NCBI GenBank assembly: GCA_049509875.1
Contig: JBEKZM010000017.1
Span: 2,529-66,528 of the forward strand
Direction: 5' to 3'
Source: Verrucomicrobiota bacterium
Lineage (GTDB): Bacteria > Verrucomicrobiota > Verrucomicrobiia > Limisphaerales > UBA11358
Length of the DNA stretch: 64,000 nucleotides
The position numbers and the translations under genes are program-made. Below, one piece after another: positions 46,739-56,500 of the stretch. How positions within the stretch are numbered: position 1 is the first letter of the stretch; every line of letters starts with the position of its first letter. The notes beneath the pieces were generated by a model that saw only the letters and a program-made list of their open reading frames with translations, had not been told where the DNA came from and made no database searches.

Positions 46739-48850
46739 TCAGTTGTGAGCGACCGGATTTGAGGACGCAGCGGTTAATTTGTTGTGTGTTTTAGTAGAAC
46801 GATCCGAATCCCAGACCGACATGGTCGTGTCCGCACGGTTCGGCTGCTCGCCCGCCATGCGAACGAGCCCAGCCAAATCGAGGATGAGCGCGACCCGACC
46901 GTCGCCCATGATGGTGGCGCCGGAAACGAGGTCGATGTGGTGATAAAATTTGCCGAGCGGCTGGATGACGGTTTGGTGGCTTCCCACCACGCGGTCCACA
47001 ACCAAGCCGACGCGATCCTCGCCATGGCGTGCGATCACGATCTTTTCGATCTCCGGTTCCGCGCCAGCGATGGCGAAGGTTTCGCGCAGGAGCACGTAAG
47101 GCACGAGCTCGCCGCGCACGGCAATGACGTTGCGGCCATTGTTACGACCACGGTCGGACCGCTGGAGTTCCACATTTTCGGTCACCACCGACATCGGAAC
47201 GATGAACTGGTCGCGGCCAATTTCGACGAGCAGTCCGTCAATGATGGCGAGCGTCAGCGGCAGCGTCAGCGTGATCGTGGTGCCCTGGCCCGCCTTGCTG
47301 GAGAGGGCGACCCGGCCGCGCAGGGCCTCGAACTGCCGCTTGACGACGTCCATGCCGACACCCCGACCGGAAACATTCGTGATTTTTTCGGCCGTGGAAA
47401 AGCCGGGCCGGAAAATAAGCTCATACATTTCCGGCTCGGAAAGCCTGGCGTCGGCAGCGATCAATCCTTTTTCAACCGCCTTGGCGCGGACGGCCTCCGC
47501 ATCAATTCCCCGTCCATCATCGGTGATGGTAATGACGACGTTCGAGCCGACGTGAGCCGCGGCGAGGCGGATGGTGCCGCGGCGCGACTTGGCGGCCGCG
47601 GTGCGCGTTTCGGGCACTTCGATGCCGTGATCGATGCTGTTGCGGATGAGATGAACCAGCGGATCACCGAGTTGGTCGAGCACGGTCTTGTCGAGTTCCG
47701 TGTCCTCTCCCTCAGTGACCAGGTCGATTTCCTTGCCCAATTCGGCGGACAGGTCATGCACCAGCCGCTTGAACCGGTTGAAGGTGGCGCCGATGGGCAT
47801 CATCCGGATGCCCAGAACGTTGTCACGCAACTCGTCTACCAGGCGCTCCAAATCCTCCACCGGCGCGGCGAGGTCCGGCAGCTTGGCAGCGGCGGCCACC
47901 TGCGAGAGGCGCGATTGGTTCATCACCAGTTCGCCGACGAGATTCACGAGGCGGTCGAGCCGTTCGGAGGGAACACGAACACTGGAATCTCTCGAAGAAA
48001 GCCTATGCGACGGCGCGGCTGCCGCTGGCTGGGTGACCGGCTTCTCCGGCGCGGCGGCGGAAACGGGCGGCGGAGTGGAAGTGGCGGGGTTAGCCCTAGC
48101 TGGGGTGGAAACCCCGGCGGCTGCAATTTTGATCTCGCTACCGTCTTCCACGAACATGAACACGTCCTTGATCGAGTTGAGTCCCCGGCTCGTGGCGAGG
48201 GTGATATCCCACGCAAAATAACACTGGTCGGGCTGAAGCTGCTCCAGCGGCGGCACGGCGCCGGCATCGGCCGTGATCCGGCAATTGCCGAGCTCGCGCA
48301 GCTCGTTTAGCAACGCGATGGGATTCGTGCCCGCCACCATCAGGCCGGGCGAAGGGCGAAAATGAATTTCATAGGTTTGAGCGGGCGCAGGGTTGGCGGG
48401 CTCGGACGGCCTCGAAGCTTTAGTTTGGTGCACCGGAGAGCCGTTCTGTTCCGCCGCGTGGGTGGATGGCAGGCACCCGTTCAAAGCCGTCACAATATCC
48501 GCGCCGGCGGCGACCGGGGCAGGTTGATTGCTTTGCGCAGCGTCTAATAATGCCTTGATATGGTCCTTCGACCGGAGTATGAGACCGATGAGTTCTTTCG
48601 AGAGGGGAACGCGGCCTTCGCGGACTAGATCCAAAACTGACTCCACATGGTGCGTGAACTCCGCAACCGTGTCGAAACCAAACATGCCACCTGAACCCTT
48701 GAGCGTGTGAAACGCGCGAAACAGAGGATTGATGAGATCGTTCGCCGCCCCGCCGGCATCAAGCTCCAAGGAAATCTCCTCGATGCGGAGCAACAGCTCT
48801 TCTGCTTCGGTGAGGAAGACTTGGACTGGATCGGGCTGGCTTGAGTTCAT
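46739..48850 (-). CDS. cheA: Chemotaxis histidine kinase CheA
   Basis: Hpt domain FRAFHTLKGSGGMFGF. Kinase core DPLVHLIRNSIDHGIE, DDGRGID, GRGVGMDVVK. A C-terminal CheW-like domain is present. Confidence 0.9.
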   Translation of the reverse strand: MNSSQPDPVQVFLTEAEELLLRIEEISLELDAGGAANDLINPLFRAFHTLKGSGGMFGFDTVAEFTHHVESVLDLVREGRVPLSKELIGLILRSKDHIKALLDAAQSNQPAPVAAGADIVTALNGCLPSTHAAEQNGSPVHQTKASRPSEPANPAPAQTYEIHFRPSPGLMVAGTNPIALLNELRELGNCRITADAGAVPPLEQLQPDQCYFAWDITLATSRGLNSIKDVFMFVEDGSEIKIAAAGVSTPARANPATSTPPPVSAAAPEKPVTQPAAAAPSHRLSSRDSSVRVPSERLDRLVNLVGELVMNQSRLSQVAAAAKLPDLAAPVEDLERLVDELRDNVLGIRMMPIGATFNRFKRLVHDLSAELGKEIDLVTEGEDTELDKTVLDQLGDPLVHLIRNSIDHGIEVPETRTAAAKSRRGTIRLAAAHVGSNVVITITDDGRGIDAEAVRAKAVEKGLIAADARLSEPEMYELIFRPGFSTAEKITNVSGRGVGMDVVKRQFEALRGRVALSSKAGQGTTITLTLPLTLAIIDGLLVEIGRDQFIVPMSVVTENVELQRSDRGRNNGRNVIAVRGELVPYVLLRETFAIAGAEPEIEKIVIARHGEDRVGLVVDRVVGSHQTVIQPLGKFYHHIDLVSGATIMGDGRVALILDLAGLVRMAGEQPNRADTTMSVWDSDRSTKTHNKLTAASSNPVAHN

Positions 48851-48858
48851 GGGCAGGA

Positions 48859-49224
48859 TTAAGGCAGTAATTTCTTGGCTACCATCACGAGTTGTTCAAT
48901 GCGGAACGGCTTGACGATCCAGCCGCTTGCGCCCGCCGCCCGTCCGGCTTGTTTTTTGGCGTCCTGCGATTCGGTCGTGAGCATGACGATGGGAATGTAT
49001 TTGCATTGCGGCAGCGCGCGAACCTGGCGAATCAATTCGATTCCGTCCATGTTTGGCATGTTCAGGTCGGTAATGAGCATGTGCGGAGCACTGCTGGAGA
49101 TCTTGGCGAGTGCGTCCTGCCCGTCCACCGCCTCAACGACGTCATAGCCGGCGTTGCGAAGCGTGAAGCTGACCAATTGGCGAATGCTGGCCGAATCATC
49201 GGCCGTCAGAATGGTTTGGCTCAT
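48859..49224 (-). CDS. cheY: Single-domain response regulator CheY
   Basis: MSQTILTADDSASIR...MLITDLNMPNMDGIELI...GASGWIVKPF. 121 aa. It lies 8 nt upstream of cheA. Confidence 0.85.
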   Translation of the reverse strand: MSQTILTADDSASIRQLVSFTLRNAGYDVVEAVDGQDALAKISSSAPHMLITDLNMPNMDGIELIRQVRALPQCKYIPIVMLTTESQDAKKQAGRAAGASGWIVKPFRIEQLVMVAKKLLP

Positions 49225-49228
49225 GGGC

Positions 49229-49537
49229 TTAAGCGGGCAATGGCTGCAAGGCTTGAGGCGGCAAACCAAGGAGTTCAGCGCATTGATCAATTGCCGGAGC
49301 AGGCGCGTGAATGGAAAAAGCTTTGCCAGCGGCAAGCGCGCTGCGACGAGCTGCCACGAGCAATTGAATGCCCGCTGCGTCGCAGGTTTCAACACGACTG
49401 CAATCTAATTCGAGGCCATGTTCACCCGCGAGATGCTCGGTTAATGCGTGGCGCACCGCGTCGCCATTATAAATGTCCAAATCACCGGCAAACCGAACGG
49501 TGTTCGTTTCTCGCTGCAATATAATTTCGAGTTTCAT
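49229..49537 (-). CDS. STAS-domain protein (anti-sigma-factor-antagonist fold), first gene of the chemosensory operon
   Basis: MKLEIILQRETNTVRFAGDLDIYNGDAVRHAL...LELDCSRVETCDAAGIQLLVAARR. At the position of the DS[ST]G phospho-serine motif the sequence is DAAG. Confidence 0.7.
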   Translation of the reverse strand: MKLEIILQRETNTVRFAGDLDIYNGDAVRHALTEHLAGEHGLELDCSRVETCDAAGIQLLVAARRSALAAGKAFSIHAPAPAIDQCAELLGLPPQALQPLPA

Positions 49538-49590
49538 TTGGATCAGACGGAAATTCGGGCTTGCTCTATTCACCATTCATAAATTCGCGA

Positions 49591-49662
49591 CGATGTGATT
49601 ACATCGGCAGTGCAAGCTGGCGGGTTGAGGAACAAGGCTCACCCAAACTTGCGAACTCGCAA
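49591..49662. promoter_or_regulatory. Two perfect palindromes upstream of the chemosensory operon (candidate operator sites)
   Basis: CGATGT-gatt-ACATCG (49591-49606) and TTGCGA-ac-TCGCAA (49649-49662) lie 54-125 nt upstream of the STAS start codon. Confidence 0.25.
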
Positions 49663-49713
49663 CATATTTTGCGCAGACTTTGATGCTACAATTCTGGCCC
49701 TTGGCCCTGGTCG

Positions 49714-49953
49714 CTACAAATCGATTGACTTCGGCAGTGGCATAGAACGTTTTATTTTTTGCCTTCCAGCCAGAACATCATTGAAGCAGTCGGGACAGAC
49801 TCCGTGAGTGGCTTGATCAACCATTTCCTTGCAAATCAATTTAAGCGCATATGGAACCACCTCCACTTGCACCCAGTGATCCTTTCGCAAGGAAATCCTC
49901 CGGCACCACGCGCATATTCGCAATCTTCCTCCATCCTGGAGTGTTGGCACCAT
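49714..49953 (-). CDS. Small zinc-ribbon-like protein (CxxC ... CxxC)
   Basis: RICAWCRRISLRKDHW...THGVCPDCF. The internal ATG at 49953 of ORF 49714..50031 was chosen. I recall this motif pattern from small PVC/deltaproteobacterial proteins. Confidence 0.45.
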   Translation of the reverse strand: MVPTLQDGGRLRICAWCRRISLRKDHWVQVEVVPYALKLICKEMVDQATHGVCPDCFNDVLAGRQKIKRSMPLPKSIDL

Positions 49954-50242
49954 CTTGTACGCATAGGACGCTCGCGCGCCACCGGTGATATTGGTTGCAC
50001 CGCAAGATTGTTGGCCAGCGCGTTCATTCATATGTTTGTCGTAGTAACTATCGGCAATTCAATACAATACTGTAATCTATTGAGACCGAGCTTGTGCGAT
50101 ATGTCTCAATTGGATTCATTGCTCTTTTAAATGCCAACGGGTTTGCCAGGCACGAAGCCTGGCTTACTATAACGCACAAAATCCGGGCAGCCCGAAGCGT
50201 GGGTTGCGCCTCGGCGCCGCGCGGAATTCTTGAATCCTTTAC

Positions 50243-51607
50243 TTAGAATTTGAACACTGCGCCCAGCGAGACGAGGTCGCGCCAAAAGTACCGGGTGCTT
50301 GGGTTGACGACTTCATCGTCCATGTTATCGCCCAATTCCATTGTATAGGCCAGATTCACCCGCAGGTGCGGGTTGAAGACGTAGCCCAGACCCACCGAGG
50401 CCTGATAATCCCAGTCGTTCCGGCGGCAGGTACTCAGATTGCCGCTGGTGTAATCCAGTGACTGAATCCGGCCGCCGAGATCAAAGCCGAGCTTGTCGGT
50501 GAAACTGCGATGGTAGTTCAGATCGTAACAGGTGTCCAAATAAGGGACCTTGCCAATGCTCGACACCCATTGCCACTCCTTGAACTTGAAGGTGATGCTG
50601 TCCTTATCCGTCAAGGTGGCCACCAACTGGGCTTCGCCGTACGGCTTGACCGGACGAAGATCGTTGACGGGCGTGATGTGGTCGGGCGTATTGCCGGGAT
50701 AATCGCGGAAATCAGGGCCGCCAATGATTCTCACGGTCAACCAGCTCAAAAGCCTGCCCTCCACGCCGACCAGCACTCGCTGATAATCGCTGGGCGTGCT
50801 ATAGGGCGAAAAGCTGAACTGCTCCTGGTATTGATGCCCGTAACGGTAGCCCAGGGTGAAGGCCACCTCCGGACAAACCCGGTATCCTAGGTCCGCGCCG
50901 CCATTGACATCATACCGGCTCGCATAATTTTGGTAGCCGGAAACATCGTACAACGCCGTCATCATGTCGTAATAAGTAAGCGCGGCGGTCGGGCGGAAGA
51001 AGAATTTCTCCCAGTCGTATTGCATCGTCAAGGTCGCCTTGTCCTGGATTTGTTCGCGTCGTTCCCGCGGGCCGTTGTTCATGTTGGCGTTGTACAGGTT
51101 GCCGGGATAAAACGGGCCGGTGGAGCTGCCGTCCACATAGGTAAAGGCGTTGTCCAGGCTGATCGAGAAGGCATCCCACTTCGCCTTGGCCGCGATGATG
51201 GCTCGCTGGGCATCGTAGCTCTCCGACGAGGCATCGTGAAAGGTGACAAAGTCCGGCGCATACGCCAGGGACAGCGTTTGCCCGTTGTCCTGCTGGCCCA
51301 GCAGTTTGCTGAAATCGACGGCCACCTTGGGCGACACGGTGGTCACCCAGGAGGAAATATTCTCCAAAGCGGCCACGCTGCCCGGCGGCACCGTGTAGGA
51401 CTTTGGCAGATATTGGGATTCCACGCCGGACAGATAAATATTGTCGTCGTAGGTTTCTTTCACGCCCAGCGATGCCTCCGTCAACCACGCGGGTTTTTCA
51501 GGGATCGCCGAGAGGAAGCTTTGGGCGGATACACTGGTGCCGGCGGCGGCCGCAAGCAGGATGACGTTGGCGGAACAGGCGCGGATCTTTGTGTTCGAAT
51601 GATTCAT
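50243..51607 (-). CDS. Outer-membrane beta-barrel protein (porin-like, BBP2-type)
   Basis: Signal peptide ...LLAAAAGTSVSAQS. Alternating amphipathic strands rich in Y/G/D are present. The C-terminus is LGAVFKF, with the terminal Phe typical of OMPs. Confidence 0.65.
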   Translation of the reverse strand: MNHSNTKIRACSANVILLAAAAGTSVSAQSFLSAIPEKPAWLTEASLGVKETYDDNIYLSGVESQYLPKSYTVPPGSVAALENISSWVTTVSPKVAVDFSKLLGQQDNGQTLSLAYAPDFVTFHDASSESYDAQRAIIAAKAKWDAFSISLDNAFTYVDGSSTGPFYPGNLYNANMNNGPRERREQIQDKATLTMQYDWEKFFFRPTAALTYYDMMTALYDVSGYQNYASRYDVNGGADLGYRVCPEVAFTLGYRYGHQYQEQFSFSPYSTPSDYQRVLVGVEGRLLSWLTVRIIGGPDFRDYPGNTPDHITPVNDLRPVKPYGEAQLVATLTDKDSITFKFKEWQWVSSIGKVPYLDTCYDLNYHRSFTDKLGFDLGGRIQSLDYTSGNLSTCRRNDWDYQASVGLGYVFNPHLRVNLAYTMELGDNMDDEVVNPSTRYFWRDLVSLGAVFKF

Positions 51608-51676
51608 GTTGGAGGGGAGCGATTGTGGTGTGTGGATCTATTTAAGGAGGTGTGGATTTAACGGATGTTTATGGAC

Positions 51677-53326
51677 TTAGAATTGGATTTGATTGGTGGC
51701 CGCCGGCTTGTGCCCGCGGGGAGCGTGGGGAGCAACGAACGGCACCTGGTGGCGTGGAGCGCCATGACTCGATGTCCTCGGCGGGTTTTTTCGTCCATCG
51801 GCGGTTGGCCGGGCAGCAGCGCCTTGGTGGTGGCCGCCGACCAGTTCGACGAGATCGGCCACCAGGCGTTTCATGGTTTCGGCCTGCGCGTTGAGTTCCT
51901 GGGCCGAGGCTGCGGTTTCCTGGGCATTGGCCGCATTGGATTGCGTGACTTTGTCCATCTGTCCCACCGCCAAATTCATCTGGCTGATGCCGCCGGCCTG
52001 TTCACTGGAAGCGGCGGCAATTTCCGCAGCCAGTTCGTCCATGCGCCGCGCTTTGTCCACGATTTCGTTCAATGCCTGGGCCACTTTGCCCGTCAGGGCC
52101 ACCCCCTGGCCGGCCTTGCTGATGGCCCCTTCAATTTGGGCCGCGGTTTCCTTGGCCGACTGGGCCGAACGCTGCGCCAAATTGCGGACTTCATCGGCCA
52201 CGACGGCGAAGCCCATGCCGGCTTCACCTGCGCGGGCCGCCTCCACGGCGGCGTTCAAGGCCAGGATGTTCGTCTGGAAGGCAATCTCATCAATCGTGTG
52301 AATGATTTTGGCGATGTCGTTGGAGGAGGTTTTGATCGAGTCCATTGCCCGCAACAGGCCCTGCATGTCTTGCACACCCTGGTCGGCGGCGGCCCGCGTC
52401 TGCCGGGCCAGATCCTTGGCCGTATTGACGTTCTCCGCATTGCGCTTGGTGGTGCTGGAGGCTTCTTCCAGCGAGGCGCTGGTTTCCTCGATAGCCGCCG
52501 CCTGTTCGCTCGATCCCGCCGCCAGCGACTGGCTCGTGACGCTCAATTGCCCGGAGGCGGCGGCCACCTGTCCGGCGCTATCGCGCAAGCCCTGCACCAC
52601 GTCACGCATCACCCGGGTGATGGATCGGGTAAGCAGCCCGCCTGCCGCCAGGCTAAAGCCGAGGATGAGGAGACACAGGGCGGCTATATATGCGTAATAT
52701 TGCCGGGTTTGACCGTTTAACTTCTGCGCCAGGGCGTCCCGTTCACTCTTGATGTCATCAATGTAAACGCCGGCGCCAACGAAGAAATCCGTGCCGGGAA
52801 TGAAGGCTGCATAGCTCAACTTGGGCTGGACTCCCTGGCCGGCCTTTTCGAACCGATACTGCACAAAGCCGCCGCCGGCTTGCGCCGCCTCCACAAAGGC
52901 GCGGATGAATGGAATGCCGTCGCTGTCCTTCAGGTCAATGAGGTTCTGGCCATTTTGGCTTTTGTTGATCGGCACGTTGATGCGCACGCCGGTGGTGTCA
53001 TACGAGAAAAAATATCCCGAATGGTCAGGAAAGAATCGCAGCGGGTCCGTCTCCGCCTCGATGATGGCAATTTGCTCCGCCCGCGTTTTGGCTGACTTGA
53101 TCCGCTGGCTGAGCACTTGAATCTCAGTGTCCACGAGCGATTTCAAGGTGTCCTTGTGCGCGTTTAGAAGTTGGTTCTCAAAATTGGGAAAAACCACCTG
53201 CTTTTCCGTGCGCCGTTCCAGCCAGCCACAGGCCAGCAAAACCGCCACAATGCCGGCCAGGAAAACGGCCTGCAACAGCCACAACCGCTGCCGCAGCGTG
53301 AAATTGGTCGCCGGTGAAATGCTCAT
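51677..53326 (-). CDS. Methyl-accepting chemotaxis protein with single Cache (sCache_2-like) sensor domain
   Basis: The Cache-like ectodomain is [20 protein letters not shown]...[11 protein letters not shown]...[11 protein letters not shown]. The tip is [35 protein letters not shown]. The C-terminus is ...TNQIQF. Confidence 0.85.
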   Translation of the reverse strand: MSISPATNFTLRQRLWLLQAVFLAGIVAVLLACGWLERRTEKQVVFPNFENQLLNAHKDTLKSLVDTEIQVLSQRIKSAKTRAEQIAIIEAETDPLRFFPDHSGYFFSYDTTGVRINVPINKSQNGQNLIDLKDSDGIPFIRAFVEAAQAGGGFVQYRFEKAGQGVQPKLSYAAFIPGTDFFVGAGVYIDDIKSERDALAQKLNGQTRQYYAYIAALCLLILGFSLAAGGLLTRSITRVMRDVVQGLRDSAGQVAAASGQLSVTSQSLAAGSSEQAAAIEETSASLEEASSTTKRNAENVNTAKDLARQTRAAADQGVQDMQGLLRAMDSIKTSSNDIAKIIHTIDEIAFQTNILALNAAVEAARAGEAGMGFAVVADEVRNLAQRSAQSAKETAAQIEGAISKAGQGVALTGKVAQALNEIVDKARRMDELAAEIAAASSEQAGGISQMNLAVGQMDKVTQSNAANAQETAASAQELNAQAETMKRLVADLVELVGGHHQGAAARPTADGRKNPPRTSSHGAPRHQVPFVAPHAPRGHKPAATNQIQF

Positions 53327-53555
53327 CAGTTAATTCCCTTGTGAATCGGCTACCTGCGCCGGATGCTGCAGTCGGATTTTGCGAAAGAACAAACTTTTCT
53401 TGGCGCCAGGTCTGTCGATTTTTAGTGTCGGTCTGAGACCGGTGGCCGCGATAACGCGAAGGAAGCGACCATTGGAGGTTTTTGAATAATTGCCACCAAG
53501 GACAATCCCAAGATGCAGCTTGTCTGCCTGCCAATCTCTTGCCAGCCTCGTCGTC

Positions 53556-56500
53556 ATGACACAAAACATTGCCGGCAATCGACGCCGGGAATGGCTGGCT
53601 TTACTTCCGGTTGCTTTGGCTCTGCTTCAGCTCCCGGCGTTGGCCCAGAATCGGCAGGATGATTTCTCCGCCTACGCCGCCGGCAGCGATGGCGGCCCTG
53701 CCTGGGAGCCAGGGAATGAGGATTGGCAAATTGCGGATCGCGCCTACCTGGGCGACAACGGTAACTCGCTCTGGCAGGCGGTGCCTTTCGCGTCGGAGAT
53801 TACTTTTGCCTGCGATGTCACCGTGCTCGAATTGCACCCGGGCGATTGGCTGACGGCGGGCATCGGTATCGCGGCTGACGACCGGAACTACTGGGCGCTC
53901 AACCTGGTGGTCAGTCCCGAGAATCAAGGCCGCCGGCATCGGGCCGAACTGCAGGAAGCTGTGGATGGATATTGGCCGGCGGCTGGCGCAGCCCCCACGC
54001 GCCTGAAGCCGTTGCCGGGCAAGGGCGAGGACTTCGACTGGCGCACCAACCACACTTACCGGATGGAAATCAAGCTCACTTCAGCCACGATTACCGGACG
54101 AATACTTGAGGGCACCAACGAAGTGGCGGGGATCGGCTACGGACTTACAAAAGAAGTCAGAGCGGTCCGCGCCGGCCGGCCGGCTTTGCGGCTCAACGGA
54201 ATAAGTGCGCGCTTTGGCAAAGCCGTGGCTGACGTGGCGCAAACGACGCCGGAAACCAAGGCCACCCAAATCCCGGCTTGGACGACCCGCCCGGGCCGCG
54301 CGCTGGTGAAGGGTGAGGGATTCTTCCGCACGGCCGAAGTGGACGGGCGCTGGTGGCTGGTTGATCCCGAAGGCAAGCCCTTCTTCGCCGTCGGCACCGA
54401 CCATGTGAACTACTACGCCCACTTCTGCGAAAAGCTGGGCTACGCGCCGTACAATCGCAATGTGCAGGCCAAGTTCGGCAGCGAGGAAGCCTGGGCGGCG
54501 AACACCATCGAGCGCCTCAAGGCCTGGGGATTTAACGAGCTTCCCGCCGGGCACACCCCGTCCTTGCGGCATCGCGGGCTGCCACACATTCTGTTCGGTT
54601 CGCTGGGGACCAGCTTTGCCCAGCGCGAATGGATTTGTGAGCCGAAGAACTGGACCGGCTTCCCCGATGTCTTCAGCCCCCGCTGGGAAAGGCATTGCCG
54701 TTTTGCTGCTCGGGAGACCGTCCGCGGCAGCCAGGGCGACCCTTGGTGCATTGGCACATTTATTGACAACGAGCTGGAGTGGTATGGCAAGGGCGGCCAG
54801 CTCGTGGACGAGGTTTTTCAACGGGGCCCGCAGCAGCCGGCCAAACATGCGCTCTGGGAATGGCTGTTGCAGGAATATGGCACCGTGACCGAAGTCAATA
54901 ACCACCTCGCTACGGGCTACGCCGATGAAGCCGGCTTCCTCGCTTCCACGAATGTGCCCAAGTCTTCCGCCGCGCTCAGGCGAGTGCGCAATCGCTTTCT
55001 GGCGCTCATCGCCGAACGGTATTTCAGTGTTGCGGCCAAGGCGCTGCGTGCAGCGGATCCTGATCATCTGGTGCTGGGCTGTCGTTTCGCCGGGAGTGTG
55101 CCGGAGCCGGTCCTGGCTGCGGCCGGCAAATATAATGATGTCTTCACTTTCAACACTTATCCGCGTGTTGATTTTGAGAATGTCTGGTCGCCGGACGGCA
55201 CGGGCGGCGTGGTCGAGCGCGTTCCCCGTGAATTGAGCGGGTATTTCGCGGTTGCGCGGAAGCCCGTCCTCATCACCGAATGGAGCTTCCCCGCGCTCGA
55301 TAGTGGTTTGCCGTGCCAGCATGGAGCGGGCATGAGAGTGGATACGCAGGAACAAAAAGCCGCCTGCTACCGCATCTTTGTCAGCGCGATGGCCGACCTG
55401 CCCTTCCTGGTCGGCTACCACTACTTCATGTGGGCGGATGAACCGGCGCTGGGCATCAGCACCGGCTTTCCGGAGGACAGCAATTATGGTCTCGTCAACG
55501 AAAAGGACGAACCTTATGAAGTCCTCGTCAAGGTCGCGACCGAAGTGAATCGCTCCGCCGAAAGCCGCCATGCTCGCAGCGCGGCTTCCGGCAACCTCGA
55601 ATTGAATGCCGAAGGAAATATTATCGAAATCGCCAACACCAATGCCATCCCCGCTCACGGACTCCTGAGAATTTCCTCGGCCGGCCAAAGCCGCATCGAA
55701 GGAATTTCCCTCCCGGCCGGACAAACGCAGCACTTATCGTTGCCGGCCCGAACGGTCGCCTGCGTGGAGCTGCAGAATTGGGACGGCACCAAACAGCACG
55801 CCATCAGCGGGCTGCCGCCCGGGCCGCTGGAAGTGGCCAATGCTTCCGCCGGCACGCTGGCCGGCGTGCCGGTTGTGATCGAAGCCGCGCAGCCGGTGGC
55901 CGCGTGGCTCCGGCAACTCGATCCCGGCCAGACCGAAAGGCTCCAGCCGCCCGGCAACCGTTGGACGAAACCCAACCGCCTTGAGCTCAAGACCGAAGGC
56001 GTGACCTGGTCTGGCAGTGGCCAGGATGGAACTTTATTGACCAGGTCCAGGCCGGTGATCTGGCTTTGGGCCGGCTCGCGTTTGCCGTCCATCAACAGGT
56101 CGATGGCCGCGAGCAATGGACGGAGTGTGACCGTGTTGTGTCGCTCCAACTTCAGGAGCAGCCCGACGCGTGGCTGGTCGAAGCGGTGGTGAGCCACGGC
56201 GAGGCAGGTTCTGAGAACAGCTTCCGGGCGGCCGTGCGGCTGGCTGTTTTCAAGCACGCCGGCGTTGTGCTGGCCCGCCCGTTGTGGGTGGAGAACACCG
56301 GGGCGCGAAATTGGAAACTGGCCGAGGTCTATTGGTTCTGCCGTCCTGCCATAGGTGACTCGTCCGCTGACGAGGTGGCCGGAGGTGCGGGAGTGCCCGA
56401 GTATTATCGCAACGCCCAATTCTGGACCAATTCCAAGCTCGGCGGTTGCTTTGGCGCGCTGGACCCAAGCGGCGGCTGGCTGGTGAGCTATTGGAAAGGA

